From Camelus dromedarius (lineage: Eukaryota), in the NCBI RefSeq assembly GCF_036321535.1, contig NC_087437.1:73286001-73350000 (forward strand): a stretch of 64,000 nt of DNA. Direction: 5' to 3'. This document shows positions 1-13,765 of the stretch, piece by piece. Position 1 is the first letter of the stretch. Each line of letters starts with the position of its first letter. The notes under the pieces were generated by a model that worked only from the letters and a program-made list of their open reading frames with translations, ran no database searches and was not told the origin of the DNA. The position numbers and the translations under genes are program-made.

Positions 1-9
1 CAAGGCAAA

Positions 10-570
10 CCTTCCATTTCTGGTTCTGTCCTCTGGGACAGAATAAAGCAAGGCTATTGTCTATCCAAAGAGGCAGACTTCCCGACACTCAGGGGCAGCT
101 CTGTACTGTGCCTCCTGGCATGAAGGGTTTCCATACCCTTCATTCCCTAACTGCCCTCCTCTAATGGCTCCCCGTTTGCCAGCAATCTTTCTGGAGTGTG
201 TTATGCAGAATTAACTCAGTATTCCAGATGCAGCTAGTAAAATGGGACTAAGATTTCCAACTAACAAAGAGTGACTCTGTACTTTTACCAACATAGAATC
301 CCAATGTGTTATGGTTTTTCGTTTGCTTGCTTTTGTTTTTGTTGTGTGTAATATTATAAGGTCAAGCTTATTTGGTACTAAACATAGGTCTTTATCTCTT
401 GGATTTTACCTTATTAGCTTGATTTCAGTGTTCTATCTGTTCTATCCTAATAATAGCATTTTAAATTCTATTTTTCCCTCTTCAGTTTCAGCTACAAAAC
501 TACCAACCAGACAGGAAGCTTTCATCCAAGTCACAGGGAAAAGAGCATTTTCTTAAATTGCTGATAGTAA
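10..570 (-). mobile_element. L3/CR1 LINE fragment (ancient)
   Basis: Degenerate similarity to antisense CR1/L3 ORF2 (…cagaattaactcagtattccagatg…, …ttcatccaagtca…). Confidence 0.4.
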
Positions 571-1189
571 GAAAGGAGCACTATTACATTCTAGCGCATG
601 GAACAGAGTGAGAAGGTTGGGTATCTTTTGGACCGAATTCACCACTGTCCTGGAGTAATGTAATTTCTGCAAGGAGACAAAAGCCACTGATAACAGCAAA
701 ATTAATTATGTAATTAATTAATCACTAGGAAGGGGCCTGGAAAATAAATACCCAGGCTAAAAATCACACTGAGTGAGAAATGACCAATATTAGACACACT
801 ATGAGAAAATGTTTTATAGGAGAAAAGTGACTGGATTCCTGAACAGGGTAGGAAAAAAGTTATCCAAAACAGGGTAACTAGGAACATTCAACAGAAACTG
901 CAGTTTGCTCACAATTCCCTGGGCTCTACTAATACAAGCAGGCTCTCTTTCCTAGGAACTTTGGAGGAAAAGACTTTTTTATCTCACAGATAAAGACTTC
1001 AGACCACAGGATTTACACCTTCCACACGTGCAAGTAACTAAGAGATACAAATGACATGGATTTCTAAATTTGAGGAAGTTGCTTTAGAATTAAGGAGAAT
1101 GATTGAAAACGTGTAAACAGAACACAGTAATATGAAACAGAAACAGGAAGTCACAGGAGAAAAAAGGAAAATAGGAAGAAAACCAAAGC

Positions 1190-1410
1190 ATGACTGAGAG
1201 CTTGTTCTGTGCTAAGTGCTTTCCATACATGACCTCTTTCATTTCTTCCTGAGATTCTTTAGTGTAAATAATTTTTATAGATGAGAAAACTGATGCTCAA
1301 TGAGTTTAAGTAATTTTCTCAAGGCATACAGGTAGTCAGAAGCCAAACATAACTCAAACCAGGTTTGTCTGTCTCTAAATTCTGCATTCCTCAGTGCAAT
1401 ACACTGCCTC
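1190..1410 (-). mobile_element. MIR SINE
   Basis: MIR core: ttttatagatgagaaaactgatgctc…aagtaattttctcaagg…ctcaaaccaggtttgtctg. Confidence 0.8.
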
Positions 1411-2149
1411 CTTGGGTTACAATCTATTTGGGGAGAGTAGATGTATACAAATTGAACAAAACAAATTATACCAGAGATCACTAAATTGATAAATTGATCA
1501 TGGATAATATTCATAACTTCTGTAGCACAGATTCGAAATCGATTTGGAGTTCAAATGCAAAGAAAACCAAAGAAATCGGAAGAGTTCAGAGAAGGGAGCT
1601 CCATGGAAAGGCTCACCGTGTGTTGCCCCTTCTTGACTCGATGTCGGAAAAGGGTAAGGAAAACAGAAGCCACTTGGGAGGATAAGGAGAGTCATTTCTT
1701 AAGAGAATTTGTTAACATCTATTGTGGTCCATGATAAGGAGTGTGAAGGATACAGAAGGAAAAATGACAACTCCAGTGTCATGTGGTACCACTGACAAGG
1801 GTCAAAAGGAAGTGAGAGGAAAAGATGCTTTTATGTGAATTCTTTTTAGATTTGTTGAATATAAGGTGATAGTGAATTATAAAAACTAAAATCTCAGTAG
1901 AGGAAACAAACCAAAACTAGCAAGAAAATAGGGCTTAGGGGACAGATCTGAGAGGTACTTCAATATTGAGGTAATAACTGAATTTAAAGATCTTACAGAT
2001 AACAGTTGAGCACAGGACAGGAAACAGCATATTGCTGAAAAGCTATAATTAGAGGATCCAGTGAAAGGTCACCAGAAACCTTGAGTGAGTCTCAGAATAG
2101 TGCAGAGTCACCAAAGCCAGAATAGGAGTCGGTCTCAGAGAACTGACTG

Positions 2150-2592
2150 ACTGGCTTCAGTTCTCTACATCCAGCCTTTGCCATGTCCTCCTCAGAAGTG
2201 AATGTACTCATGCTGGGTTTGCCCACGTGACTTCTTCTGGAAGAGCACGTGGGAAGAAGGGACAGGGTGCCAGCTCCAGGTCTAGGCCTTAAGAAGCCTT
2301 ACATGTTTCCACTCAGCGTCCTGTGTCTCAGCCATTACCCTGAGAAGAACTTGCCCCAACTTGCTCCCTGATCACAGGAAGAGGCTGAGAGCAACGTGGA
2401 GGAGAGCCCCACTGGCTGACCTTCATGTCCAGCCCAGCCACCCAGCAACCACAGCCTGAAGCAAGAGCCACCAGTGAAACCCATCCTCTATCAGCCAAAT
2501 CCTAACAACCCACAAAATGTGCCAGCAGTAACATCTGATGGTTGTTTTACATCATTGGGTGTGGGGTCAGTTTGTTATGCAGCTACGGCTAA
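2150..2592 (+). mobile_element. MLT1-type (ERVL-MaLR) solo LTR
   Basis: cccacgtgacttcttctgg…aggccttaagaagcctt…tgttttacatcattggg…tttgttatgcagc is typical of MLT1H/J-like LTRs. Confidence 0.7.
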
Positions 2593-4399
2593 GCATCAGG
2601 ATAGCTGACTGTAGCAAATACATCAGAGATGACATAGGAAAAAAAGACTATTGAATTTGGAAACAAGGTAGTCACTAGAGATCTTTAAGAATGAACGATA
2701 ATGTTTCAGGAAAATTGCAAGTGCAAAAACTAGATTTCAAGGAATAAAAACAGCGGAAAGGGTTAGGAAATGCACTGATAAATAGAGATCACTTAGTTGA
2801 GAAGCAGTCAGGTTAAAATAAAAAGGATAATTGTTAGAAGGATATTCAAAGATCACATCCCAATCAAAGAGGCTTGTGCATATTTGGAAGCACAGGGCAG
2901 GAGTCTGTGGGGTGGGCGTGGAGGGCAGAGGGAAGCTGATGATTGTGGAGCATGAGAGCCTCAGTGTGGAGGAAAGGGTCCCCAGGAATCAGAGGGGAAC
3001 AGGGTACAGCACAGAGCATAAAATTAGTGATTCTGCAGTCACCAAGGAGACATAATGAAGAAAGTGAAGTCAGTTCCTGAATCAAAAGGCCACACATGGA
3101 AGGAGTATTTTTTTCAGTGAAATTCTTAGATTGTGTTGACAGTAATTATGGGAGTGTGAGAGAGTATTACATCCTTGTCTATGAAATTTCTGATTTCTTT
3201 ACATTGACTAGGATTCCGAAGAGTCAAATATCTAACCAAGAGATGTATCCAAAGAGTCCTATAGTGTTTGTGGTAAGAGAAAGAATTTGACACTTTGCAT
3301 AAAATTCAAGTCCATGGCGTGTCTCAGGGGATTTCTAAGTGATCGGTGGTGATGTCAGACAGGGAAGTGGAAGTTCATGGAGTCACCATGGGGTGGGGGG
3401 AAATGTGCTGTGTGGGTGTGCTGGAAGAGAAATATGACGCTCTGAGCTGTGACTGGACCACTGCTGGCTAACAAGGGTGGCACTATCTTCATGCTTCTGT
3501 GACCCAGGAGTTCATGAGATCTCCTTTCACTGGCCTGACTTCCCAATCTCCAGCCAACTATACGAATGTATCTGTCGGAAGGCTTTTCAAAATGACGTAA
3601 CAGACTATGAAAAAGGCCTCTGCGTAACTCCTAGATGAGGCTGGTTCTATTTTTGAACACTGGTTTGCAGTGATGTGCCCCAAACTAGCTGAGACCAATG
3701 TGTCAGAGCAAAACGGAATAGGAGCCATCTTTCCAAGATCTATTCCCGGCCAGGTGCTGCTGACTTGCCAGGAGAGGTAGCAAGGACCATGGCAACCATG
3801 CCATCGATAGCAAGTCGTTCTGCCTCATTTCTGCTCTAATGGGGAGGCAGGACAATATTTACCTCGCCTGCTCCGACCCCACTGGAGTATTATCAAGGCT
3901 TCCCTCTGGCACAGCACTCCTTTCTGCCCTCCCCTCTCAGGCTGTGTTTGGGCTGTCAGGGAAGAGCTGAGACCTGGATGCTCAGGGACACTGGCCCTTT
4001 GGCTGCAGGCACACCTGCAAGCAACTGTAGCCACGGTTAGACCCAGAGCAGGGCCAGGTGGGAGAAGCACACTTGTCTGGGGATGGAGTAGTGCAAGAGG
4101 GCGGGGGGAAGCATCTCTTGGGTCTTCCAGTGAAGGAAAAACAAATACACTGCAATTTGAGGACATGAGAATCCAGTCACCTGGCACGCTCCTAGACACT
4201 CATTCCAGAGGCACATTTGGAAATGCTACGTGGGGCAAAGAAGAAGCATGTAGGGTGGATCTAGTGACTCCCCCTAGCTAACCCTAGGTTCAGATTTTAA
4301 AATTTGCCATTGCCGTATGCCAGGTGGCTTATGATCGGCAGGAATAGACTGTACTCACCACAAATTCCCTAATTCATGAATGAACAATCTCTGCTGGAT

Positions 4400-4876
4400 C
4401 TCGTTTGCTGAAAATCAGGCCCTTCCTACCTTTCTAAGCTCTCCTCTGTACTGTGGGGAGGAGAGCTACAGTTCCCAGCCCTGCCAGTGGACCCAGTTAG
4501 ATTCGGCCAGGGTGAAGCACTCGTGTGAGGTTCTGAGGACAGAAGAGAAGAGCCTGCTATTCCCTAAGTGGCAGCTGCAGACCAGGATGTGGTGTCAGCA
4601 GATGACAGACATGGCTGGGGATTCACTTGAGGCTTTTAGGCTTCCTCCTGAGGGGCGCTCACCTCTCCACGCGGAAGTCAGCTGAGGCCACGGTGACGGC
4701 TTCTTGTAAGCCTGTTCTTGCTGGTTTCTGGGCAGCAGTCTTGCTTGCCTTCACTCTCCCAGCCTCTCAACCTCGGGCTCCAATTATGCCGACTCATGTT
4801 CCCTTTATTCAAACTTTTCCTACTTCAGATACCTGGAGCAACTTCTTTTCACTGACCAAACCCCCTGACTGATACA
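4400..4876 (+). mobile_element. ERVL LTR (LTR33/LTR16-like)
   Basis: Ends with the characteristic …ccctgactgataca terminus and has internal gttagattcggccag…gaggttctgagg. Confidence 0.6.
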
Positions 4877-5064
4877 CAGTCTGCTTGCTTCTGATTAAAG
4901 AATGTTGACAGATATTAGGATCTCTGGGTTCTTGACTCAAACTAAGCCCCAGCAAGCCACATCCTCATCTGAATTGTAAAAGTATAGAATGAGATGGGAA
5001 ACTGCTGGTTAGTTTCAAACACATATTGCTGTATACTAAAGAGAAAGCTTTATTTTTTAAAACA

Positions 5065-6014
5065 ATAGAACCTTAACAGGTACCTCACCCAAGAAAATAT
5101 ACAGATGTCAGATAAGCCTGTGAGAAGACGCTCCAATCGTACGTCATCAGGGAAATCCAAATTAAAACAAGACACCACCACACCTATGAGAAAGGGCAAG
5201 GTCCAGAACACCGACACCACCAAATGCTGGCAGGGGTGTGGCACAACAGGAACTCTCCTGCGTTGCTGGTGGGAATGCAGAATGGAGCAGCCACTTTGGA
5301 AGACAGTTTGATCATTTCTTACAAAACCAAACATATGCCCCAGCAATCTTTAGTATTTACCCAAAGTTGAAAACGTATGTCCACACCAAAATCTGCATAC
5401 AGACGTTTACAGCAGCTTTATTCATAATTGCCAAAACGTGGAAGCAACCCAGATGTTCTACAGTAGATGAAAGGATAAGCTGCGTTATAACCAGACCATG
5501 AAATATTCAGCACTAAAAAGAAATGAGCTATCAAGGCACAAAAAGACATAATAAGTGAAAGAAGCTCATCTGAAAATAATAATAATCATAATCTGTATGA
5601 TTCCAACTATATGACATTCTGGGAAAGGCAGAAGTACAGAGATAATAAAAAAGATCAATGTGTTGCTGGGGTTGAGGAGAGGAAGGGATGAAGAGGTAAA
5701 GCAGAGAAGATTTTTAGGTCAATGAAAATATTCTGTTTGATACTATAATGGTGGATATATCTCTCTATACCCTTTTCCAGGCCCATAGAAGGTACAGCAC
5801 AAAGAGTGACCTAATACAACTATGGACTCTGGGCAATAATGACACATAAATGAAGGTTCGTCGACTGCAACAGAACTACTATCTGGTGGGCATGCTGATG
5901 ACGGGGGAGGCTATGCACGTAGGGGGGAGGGGGAAATGGAAATCTCAGAACCTTTTGCTCAGTATTGCTGTGAACCTAAAACTGCCCTAAAAAAATAAAT
6001 ACATTTAAAAAAAA
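5065..6014 (+). mobile_element. L1MC-type LINE-1 3' end (ORF2 C-terminus relic + 3' UTR)
   Basis: ORF track shows KCWQGCGTTGTLLRCWWEC (ORF2 Cys-rich domain) and AALFIIAKTWKQPRC. Ends gaacctaaaactgccctaaaaaaataaa followed by an A-rich tail. Confidence 0.9.
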
Positions 6015-7229
6015 TAGAGCATGAGAAAATACAGACACAGAATTCTATCCTCAAAAGCCACACGACACTATACTTCCTACTGGCCAACTACTCCTCAAAC
6101 ACAATCTATTGGCTACTTGGCTTTTGTTTGAAAACACCAGTTTTTGCCATCCTAACAACCTGGTTTATAAAGTGATTATGAGTTCTATACCAAGCTCTTA
6201 CCAAAATTTTCTGCAAACTGCAAAATAAAGGCTTAGTTCCCCAGATGGCTATAAGATAATGTTGGATTTAAGGAGAGGCAAGAGGCTAAAAAATAATAAC
6301 TTAATGCTGAGAGAGGAAAAGCCTGTAATTTGGCTGAGATGGTATCCCTGGGAAGAATGCCCACTTGATACTGGAGACTGTCTCACTAGCCTGGGCTCCA
6401 GCACAAGAATGTGCAAGTCCCCACAGCTGCACCCCTGCTTCTGCCATGCCGAAGGAGACATCAAGACAGAGGCACCCTCCTCCGAGGAGCGCACTTCAGG
6501 TCTTAGACACTGTGCACAAATATTGTGCTAAAACAGACTCATCCAAGCCCAGAGATCCCAGCGCAAAAGCAAGCAGCTGAAACCAGCAGCTGAAAGCCAG
6601 GGGAGATGGCAAGGAAATGATAAGGAGAGGAAAGGTGGGGAAGGAGGAGAGGGAAGCGGAGGTGGCAGGAGAAGAGGAAAAGGAAAGGGAAAGGAGGATT
6701 TAGACGGTCTCCAGCAATACTTAGGGGCTCCGAGAAAGAAAAATCCTCAACAAAATGCTGGGAAACAAAGGGGAGAAAAGATAATCTGAGTTTCATTAAC
6801 GGACCTCAGCCAGAACCAACATAAAGAGGAATTCCAATCTGACTTTAGAAATATGTTTAACTGAAAGGATGAGAGAGCTTATTAGAGCTTCTATTTGCTG
6901 TTTGGTTCAGTTAAACCCTTTCCCCAGTAAGCTTCTCACCTAAAGCCTCACTTTACATCTCAATCTGGATTGGCCACATTTCAAGTGCCTGAGAGTCACC
7001 TGTGGCAAGTGGAGTGGCTTCGGTGTCGCCTCACAAGATTGCTGTGTATGACGAGATAATTTCTGTGAACACACCTTATTAGGTCTATACAGATGGAACT
7101 CGTAAGTTTAAAGACCACATGTATCATGCCGGCTATCCTGGGTTCTGTGTCCCTGCAGTACGTCCCCCCAAGACGGTGACCTGTGATTGGGACACCACCG
7201 CCACATGCGGGCGTATCTGCTGCCACAGT

Positions 7230-7440
7230 CATGGCCTCAGGGAAAGAGCACAGATCGTGGAGTCAGGACCCACAGGGATGAATTTTCAACCACATTTTAG
7301 CAGCCTGACTTTGGACAAGTTCGGTTTCACTTTTCAGCCTCAGTGTCAAAATATCTCTTCTACATATTCCACAAATAATTGTGAGGATAAATGAAGATAA
7401 CACATGGGAGTAAACTATTACATATTATAAAATGCTGGAT
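7230..7440 (+). mobile_element. MIR SINE
   Basis: gaaagagcacagatcgtggagtcag…tgactttggacaagtt…tgtgaggataaatga. Confidence 0.7.
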
Positions 7441-7714
7441 ATTGTCATTCTTGTATTTATTAAATGAAGCATGCCCTCACATAATTGTTGCTAGGGTACT
7501 AGGAACACAGACGATTACAGATCTTTCAAATTTTTAAATAAGTTTCCTATTCATTGCCTCCTCTAGGACAGAACAACTTTAAGGTCTGGTGGGCTGGGCT
7601 ATGCTGTCAAATGTGATGCTTACAGATGTCCTCTCTGCAGGAGAATGAGCCCCTGTGTGGATCATTTCTGCAGTCGGTAAGGATGGCCAAGGCAAATTCA
7701 TATCAGAGCCACGA

Positions 7715-7920
7715 TAAGAACGTGGGCTTGGGGTGAGAAACAGCCGGGACCTGCTACTCGCTCTCTGATTGTTTTCCTTTTTGAATCTCAACTTCCCCAT
7801 GTGTGAAATCAGCCACTGCCTAGAACTGTCGTGAGGCTTACCAGGGAAGATGTACTAAAACACTCAGCACTGTAGTTGGCCCAGGGTCCACCCCATTAGC
7901 TTGTAACTGCTTCTATCATT
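7715..7920 (+). mobile_element. MIR SINE
   Basis: tgaatctcaacttccccatgtgtgaaat…gtcgtgagg…taaaacactcagcac. Confidence 0.6.
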
Positions 7921-8664
7921 ATCTCAGGATGGCAGACACCTGACGCATCATCCTGGCAGAGGGAGAAGCTTTGGTGGAGTTCCAAGGTGACCTGACCATT
8001 CATCTTGTTTGGGGGGTTTTGTGTGGGGGCTGCTGGCAGGTTTGTTTAGTGGGGATGGGCCCTCGGCTGGCACTCAGCTTGATAACTTTAAGCCATTTAG
8101 TCACATCCCACTGGGCAGACTCATTATTTCTAAAGCACTAGAGAAGCAGCTCACAAGACTGATGGCTCCTTCCAGTCCCACCGGCTCCCCAGGGCCTCCC
8201 TCACAGCGTCTGGCTTCTCAGGGAGAACCTTTCTGCTTGATCAGCTTGGGCAGACTGAGTCCTGCCTCCTGAGTTCTCATACCCGACAGGCACTCAATGG
8301 GTTTATGACAGCAATGGTCATAATTCGCAATGGTCATAATTCTGGTTGGATATTTTTAAGAAGTTCCATCAGCCCAAAGGATCTCAAATTACTTTCTAAA
8401 GCTCGCCTCTTGTGAGAAGCCTTTTCTAGGAATGATATAACCTGGGAGACAGTGAGAGCACCAGAGGGGATGGCACAGGGCCAGAGGGGTGACATGTAGC
8501 AGGTATTTACAGCTGCAACTAACTGTGCCTTGGAGGACAGAAGCCTGGATGACCATCGGTTCCAGTTTGCTGGAGACTCAGGGGCTGCCTTGCATGCAGA
8601 ACTTCTGCTAGATTCCTGAGAAGTCCAAACAAAAGGTCTCATCCTTGGGGGCAAGAAGGTAGAG

Positions 8665-8829
8665 CAGTGCTTCTCAAACTTCAATGCACATGGAGCCACC
8701 TGGGGACCCTGATAAAATGCAGGTTCTGATTCAGGAGGTCTGAGGCGGGACCTAAGATTCTTCATGTCTAAGAAGCGCCCAGGGATGTTGATGCTGTCAG
8801 TTCATGGACCATACTTGGAATAGCATTAG
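8665..8829. mobile_element. MER5 (hAT-Charlie) DNA transposon
   Basis: cagtgcttctcaaactt…aaaatgcaggttctgattcaggaggtctgaggcggg…ggaccatacttggaatagc. Confidence 0.85.
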
Positions 8830-9419
8830 TGGACCTACAGGAGGTTTGGGAAAGGCCTGGCCTGGTGTCCTGGCCACACTTTTTCCCAGATGTTATTCTT
8901 TCAACTTCACTTTCCTCATAGGCTCGACCCCCACCGCCCCAGCAGATAAAACTCATTGTCCAGACTACTCATAATTCTGTGTTCCTGATCCCCTAATCTT
9001 CCATCTCCCTGTGCAGCCACTACCCCTCACTGTCTCTTCCCCTCCCTACTTGTGCCAGTGCTCATACTTTCCTGCAGGGGGCCACACACTCGTGCTCAAC
9101 AAATGCCACTTCCTCTTCCCACTCCTCACACCTTCATCAGTGGTGATTCAGGGTTAGCACAGTTAAACCCCCCTCCTCCTCAACCTTACCCCCTTCACTC
9201 TTTTCCAACATAAATGTGGATGACTTGGGTCTGAGTATGCCTAAGGACATTTTCCCACAAATGTTCCCCTCCTATGTGTAGTATATTCTAGTTGTAGGTT
9301 TCCCTACTATGATAGGCAGAAATCTAAGGTGGTCCCAATGTTCTTGCCCCCTGATGTATACACACCAGTACACCTTCTCCCAGTGATTCAACCAAACGCA
9401 CAACCATGGCTGAGGACAT

Positions 9420-9975
9420 AGCCTGATTCCTCTCTGACCTTCCCTCTTATCATTATTTCCCTCACTTCCCCTATTCTAGCTATACTGGCCTCCTTGCTTT
9501 TCCTCAAATACATCAAGCATGTATCTGCCTCAGGACCTTTGCACCTGCTGATCCCTCTGCCTACATCACCTTCTTTCAGATAGCTGCATTACTCCCTTCC
9601 TCGTGTCCTGTAGGTCTCCACTGACATTCCTCCTTAGCAATCACATTTATGATGTACATGACTTGCGACATATGATCAGGCCTTCCCTAACCACACTCTT
9701 AAAATAGCCACCCTCCAACCCCTTCCCCACTAACACCCATCAACAAACATATACACTCTCTACGCCCCTGCTTTATGGTCTCTCCTTGCATTTTGTCTCT
9801 CCCAAGAAGCTATTAACATCTATTCAATTTATCTGTTTGCTTTTTCCTTTGCCTCCCTCCACTGGAGCATAAATTCTGGGAGAGCAGAGAGTTTGTCTGT
9901 TTGTTCACTGTTATAGTCCCAATGCCCAGTAGAGTGCCTAGCATGTGGAGGCTCTCAGTAAATACTAATAAATAG
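9420..9975 (+). mobile_element. L2 LINE 3' end
   Basis: actggcctccttgcttttcctc…cctcaggacctttgcacctgctg…ttgttcactgtt…gtgcctagca…ctcagtaaata. Confidence 0.85.
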
Positions 9976-10899
9976 ATGGCTATTTAAATTGTGACATATT
10001 GGAATCTTCAATATAAGAAAATATCCAGTTAGCTAGATTAATGCACATTTAACTACAAAAAAAGCATTATGACTTTAAATCCCTTTATAAATGTGCTCTA
10101 TACTACTTACAACTTGGGCTTATATATTTAAAAATGCCTAGGTGTCTACAAACTCTCACAGTTGCGGGCACACATTTATACACATACACACATGCATACA
10201 CACATAGAGCTTAAGGAGTACAAATAATATGCACCATAAATGTGTTTTCTGCGGGGAAGGAGTAAATTCTCTGTGAACCGTGAACAGCCTGGCACCCACT
10301 GCCTTAGCAAAGAGGCAGAAACTTCTGCAAGGACAGGTGTCCTAGTGACCATGCTTCTTCAAATATCCACCTGACCAACTCAGTGTAATTTGGATGAATT
10401 CACCAAATCTCTGCGTCAAGCAGAAAGGCAGAGAACAAAGTGTATTTGTGTCTAAAAGGTGTCTTGACCATTTCAAAATGGCCTTAATTTAGTGTTAATG
10501 GTTTAATTTCCAGGTTGCACATCCTCCCTCCTTAAACAGCACTTAGTGTAATTGATGCCGAGGAAAGTGTCCGCAGGGCAGGAACCACATGCTGTTTTAC
10601 CTGCGCTTAAAGAGGAAAGTGTCATGCCTCTCTGCAGAAACAATGCTGCCTGAAAACAGTGCCGAGTCTCAAATGAGATCTTTGAGAAAAAGCATGAAGT
10701 ACAAAGTGGGAAAGAGACAAAAAATCATGACTAAGAATTAACGTGAAAATTAAGGTGATTATTTTTTCTTCCTTATATTTTAAGTAATTTCCAAAAATAT
10801 AGTGGTAGTTACATATTATTTTACAATAACTTATGATACAGTGTTACACTGAAAAAAAGATGTATTATGTGGAAAGTATTCCTAATTTTAGCTGGGGCT

Positions 10900-11261
10900 T
10901 GTCTTTGTCCATTTGGGATGTTATAACAGATAATCATAGACTTAATAGCTTAAATACAGTAAGAATTTATTTCCCACAATTCTGGAGGCTGGGAAGTTCA
11001 AGGTCAAGGCACTGGCAGATTTGGTGTCTGGTGAGGGCCAGCTTCCTGGTTCATAAATGGCTGTCCCTGCATTCGGTCCTCATACAAGGGCAGGGGGGAG
11101 CTCTGTGGGGTCTCTTTTATAAGGACACTATTCCCATTCATGAGGACTCTTCCCTTATGACCTAACCACCTCCCAAGGGCCTCACCTCCTAATACCATCA
11201 CAATGCGGGTTAGGCTTCAACATATAAATCTTGGGTGGGACACAGACATCCAGCCTATGGC
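10900..11261 (-). mobile_element. MLT1A-type solo LTR
   Basis: atttatttcccacaattctggaggctgggaagttcaaggtcaagg…ttttataaggacacta…cctcacctcctaataccatcaca. Confidence 0.9.
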
Positions 11262-13292
11262 AGGACTACAAAGAACTATAAGCCTCTGAGGAAGCACACT
11301 AAAATGTTAACCCTGGATATTTCTGAACAGAGGGGCTAGCTAAATTTTACCCCTCCCCTGTTTGCTTTTTATTATTTTCTAAATTTTTGACATTGAGTAT
11401 GTGCTACATTTTTAATTTTTAAAAAGTTGGTTACTTTTCTAAAAATTACTACCATCCTGTTTTTATTTTTCCAGTTTTTTTTTCCTTATTTTATTTGTCA
11501 GTTTGCCTTGGGTTTATTTTAAACAGATTTCATTATCGACTCCTGGCATTATACTAAGTGCAAGTTTTTATCTTGGAGAGGTAAAGGGAGTGTCCCCCTT
11601 AAAGTCTCACTTTTTACAAGGAACCTTGCCATCCCACCTTTCCCTAAGACTTCCTCATCGCTCTTGGAAACAGGGCAGGCAAGGGGAGCTGCACTCTTGG
11701 CCGTAATACTCATCCGAATGCAGAGCTGAGTGGCCTTGGAGATCAACCAGCCCTCCCTCTCTCACAGTGGAGGAAACAGAGTTTCCAAGAGAGGAAAGGA
11801 TTTATTTGCTCAAGGTCCCAACATGCTTATGACATGGTAACAAACCGAGGTCTAGAATCTCAGAGAGAACCTGTGTTTGCTCCGTTCTATGCTTATTCTT
11901 TGGACTCAGATACAGAATCCTTACAAATTCTAAGTACAGAGCATTGTATATCACAGACTCTCAATAAATGAGGGCTGGAAGAATAGAGAAACTAATTTTA
12001 AAAGTTTTGAACATTAATGATCAATACTTTACATGGAGAAAAAGAGACTGAAAAAAACCCATCAATTCCCTTAACTTGACAGGAGAAAAGAAAAAGCAGA
12101 GACAAAACTACCTTAAAAGTAGAACATCTACCCCTGTCTGCCACCCATGTTGGTATCAAGTATCTGGATCTGTCCCCAGAGAGGAAGCCAAGATGACTCT
12201 GATGATGGAAACACACCGGGAGGCCTGCACACATCCTTCTCTGGGTCTAAGAGAACTGGGAAGAAATGTAAAAATGTCTATCTCTTTCTGGTGGTTAAAG
12301 AGAAACCCTCATTCAGTGGCCACAAGGGAGCTCCAGTAAGCAGTTGATCAAGGAGACTCCGGAACCCAATGGGACATCGCTCATCTGGGCAAAAACCGGA
12401 GGAGCCAACACAGGGCAAACTTCAGGTATTAAAGGGAGGTTTAAATGCACCCTGGAGGCAGTAAAAGGAACAGAAAAGAACATTTAGTCCCAAAGATGGG
12501 GACAGTTTTAGGAGCAAAGAGAACATTTTCAGGATTTAGTAAGGCGTACTAACAGTGATGCACAGGCTTCTCCAATGACAAGCTGCACATAAAAAACACG
12601 TTTTGCTTTTCTTCTGTCACTCTGCTGTCATTCGAACCGGCTATATTCCCCTCGGCAGCCTGGCTTACTCTGCTAGGCACAGTCATTTCACACAACTCAG
12701 TAAACCACACCACTCTCAGAACACGGCAGCTGCCACAGCTGGCGGAAATTTCTCCATCATCCCCATGACGAGGGCTTCCAATGCTAGTTTTCATACTTTC
12801 CCATCCAGAGATGCCTTTTCTAAAGATTCCAAATTGTCTTTTTAATCTCAATCTTTTACCCAGGTGAACCATAACACAGATATGATAACCACCGTATACC
12901 AGCCATCCTCTCCTGGAAAGCTTTCTCTCTCAATTCTAAGGTTAGGGATTTGAATTTTCTTCATGGGATGAGAAAACAAAAGGTCACAGAAGACAATGAA
13001 GTGGCCCCGCTGTCCTGTGTATTATGGGGTGGGGGCAACGGGCAAGATATGCAAGCTCTTCCAACTTCAGTTTACTTAGATGCTTCCCTTTTGGGAGCAC
13101 AGGCTCCTCTTCAGAAGATCGTCTCTATTTCTTTTCATTTGCTGAAACCATTAACTAGACTTATTCAGTAAAAAGATGGCTTTCCAGACAGAGCTGTTCA
13201 GGCTGAAAGGAAATCTATCACAGGCTCTCAGCTTTAGAAAAAGGGCTTACATACAGAAGTCACTTAATATGCAGTCATTAGATTTAAATAAT

Positions 13293-13765
13293 CTGCAGAA
13301 GGCAGAATAATGGCCTCCCCAAAGATGTCTATGTTCTAATCCCTGAAATTTGTGGAAATGTAACCTTACATAGCAAAAAGGACTTTGAAAGTGTGGTTAA
13401 GGAGCTTGCAGTGGGGAGATGTATTTTCTTGTAGATTCAATATGATCACAAGGGTTCTTACAAGTGAAAGATGGAGGTGGGAAGGTCAGAGTTAAGTTTG
13501 AAGATGCTACACTTTTGGCTTTGAGGATAGAGGAAGGGCCCTGAGCCAAGGGACCCAGACAGCCTTTGGAAGACAGAAAAGGCAAAGAAATGGATTCTTT
13601 CCTAAAGCCTCCAGAGAGAATGTAGCTCTTCTGACACTTTAATTTTAGCCTGATAAGACCCACTTCAGACTCTGACCTCCAGAGCTCTAAGATACTAAAT
13701 TTTGTGTTGTTTTAAGCCACTTAGTTTGCGGTAATGTGTTACAGCACTAATAGGAAGTTACTACA
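13293..13765 (+). mobile_element. MLT1D-type solo LTR
   Basis: ggcagaataatggcctccccaaagatgtc…gtgttgttttaagccact…ttacagcactaataggaagttactaca. Confidence 0.9.

Noticed and set aside
6600..6700. Purine-rich GA tract
   Set aside because: Ordinary low-complexity sequence with no mirror symmetry or periodicity.
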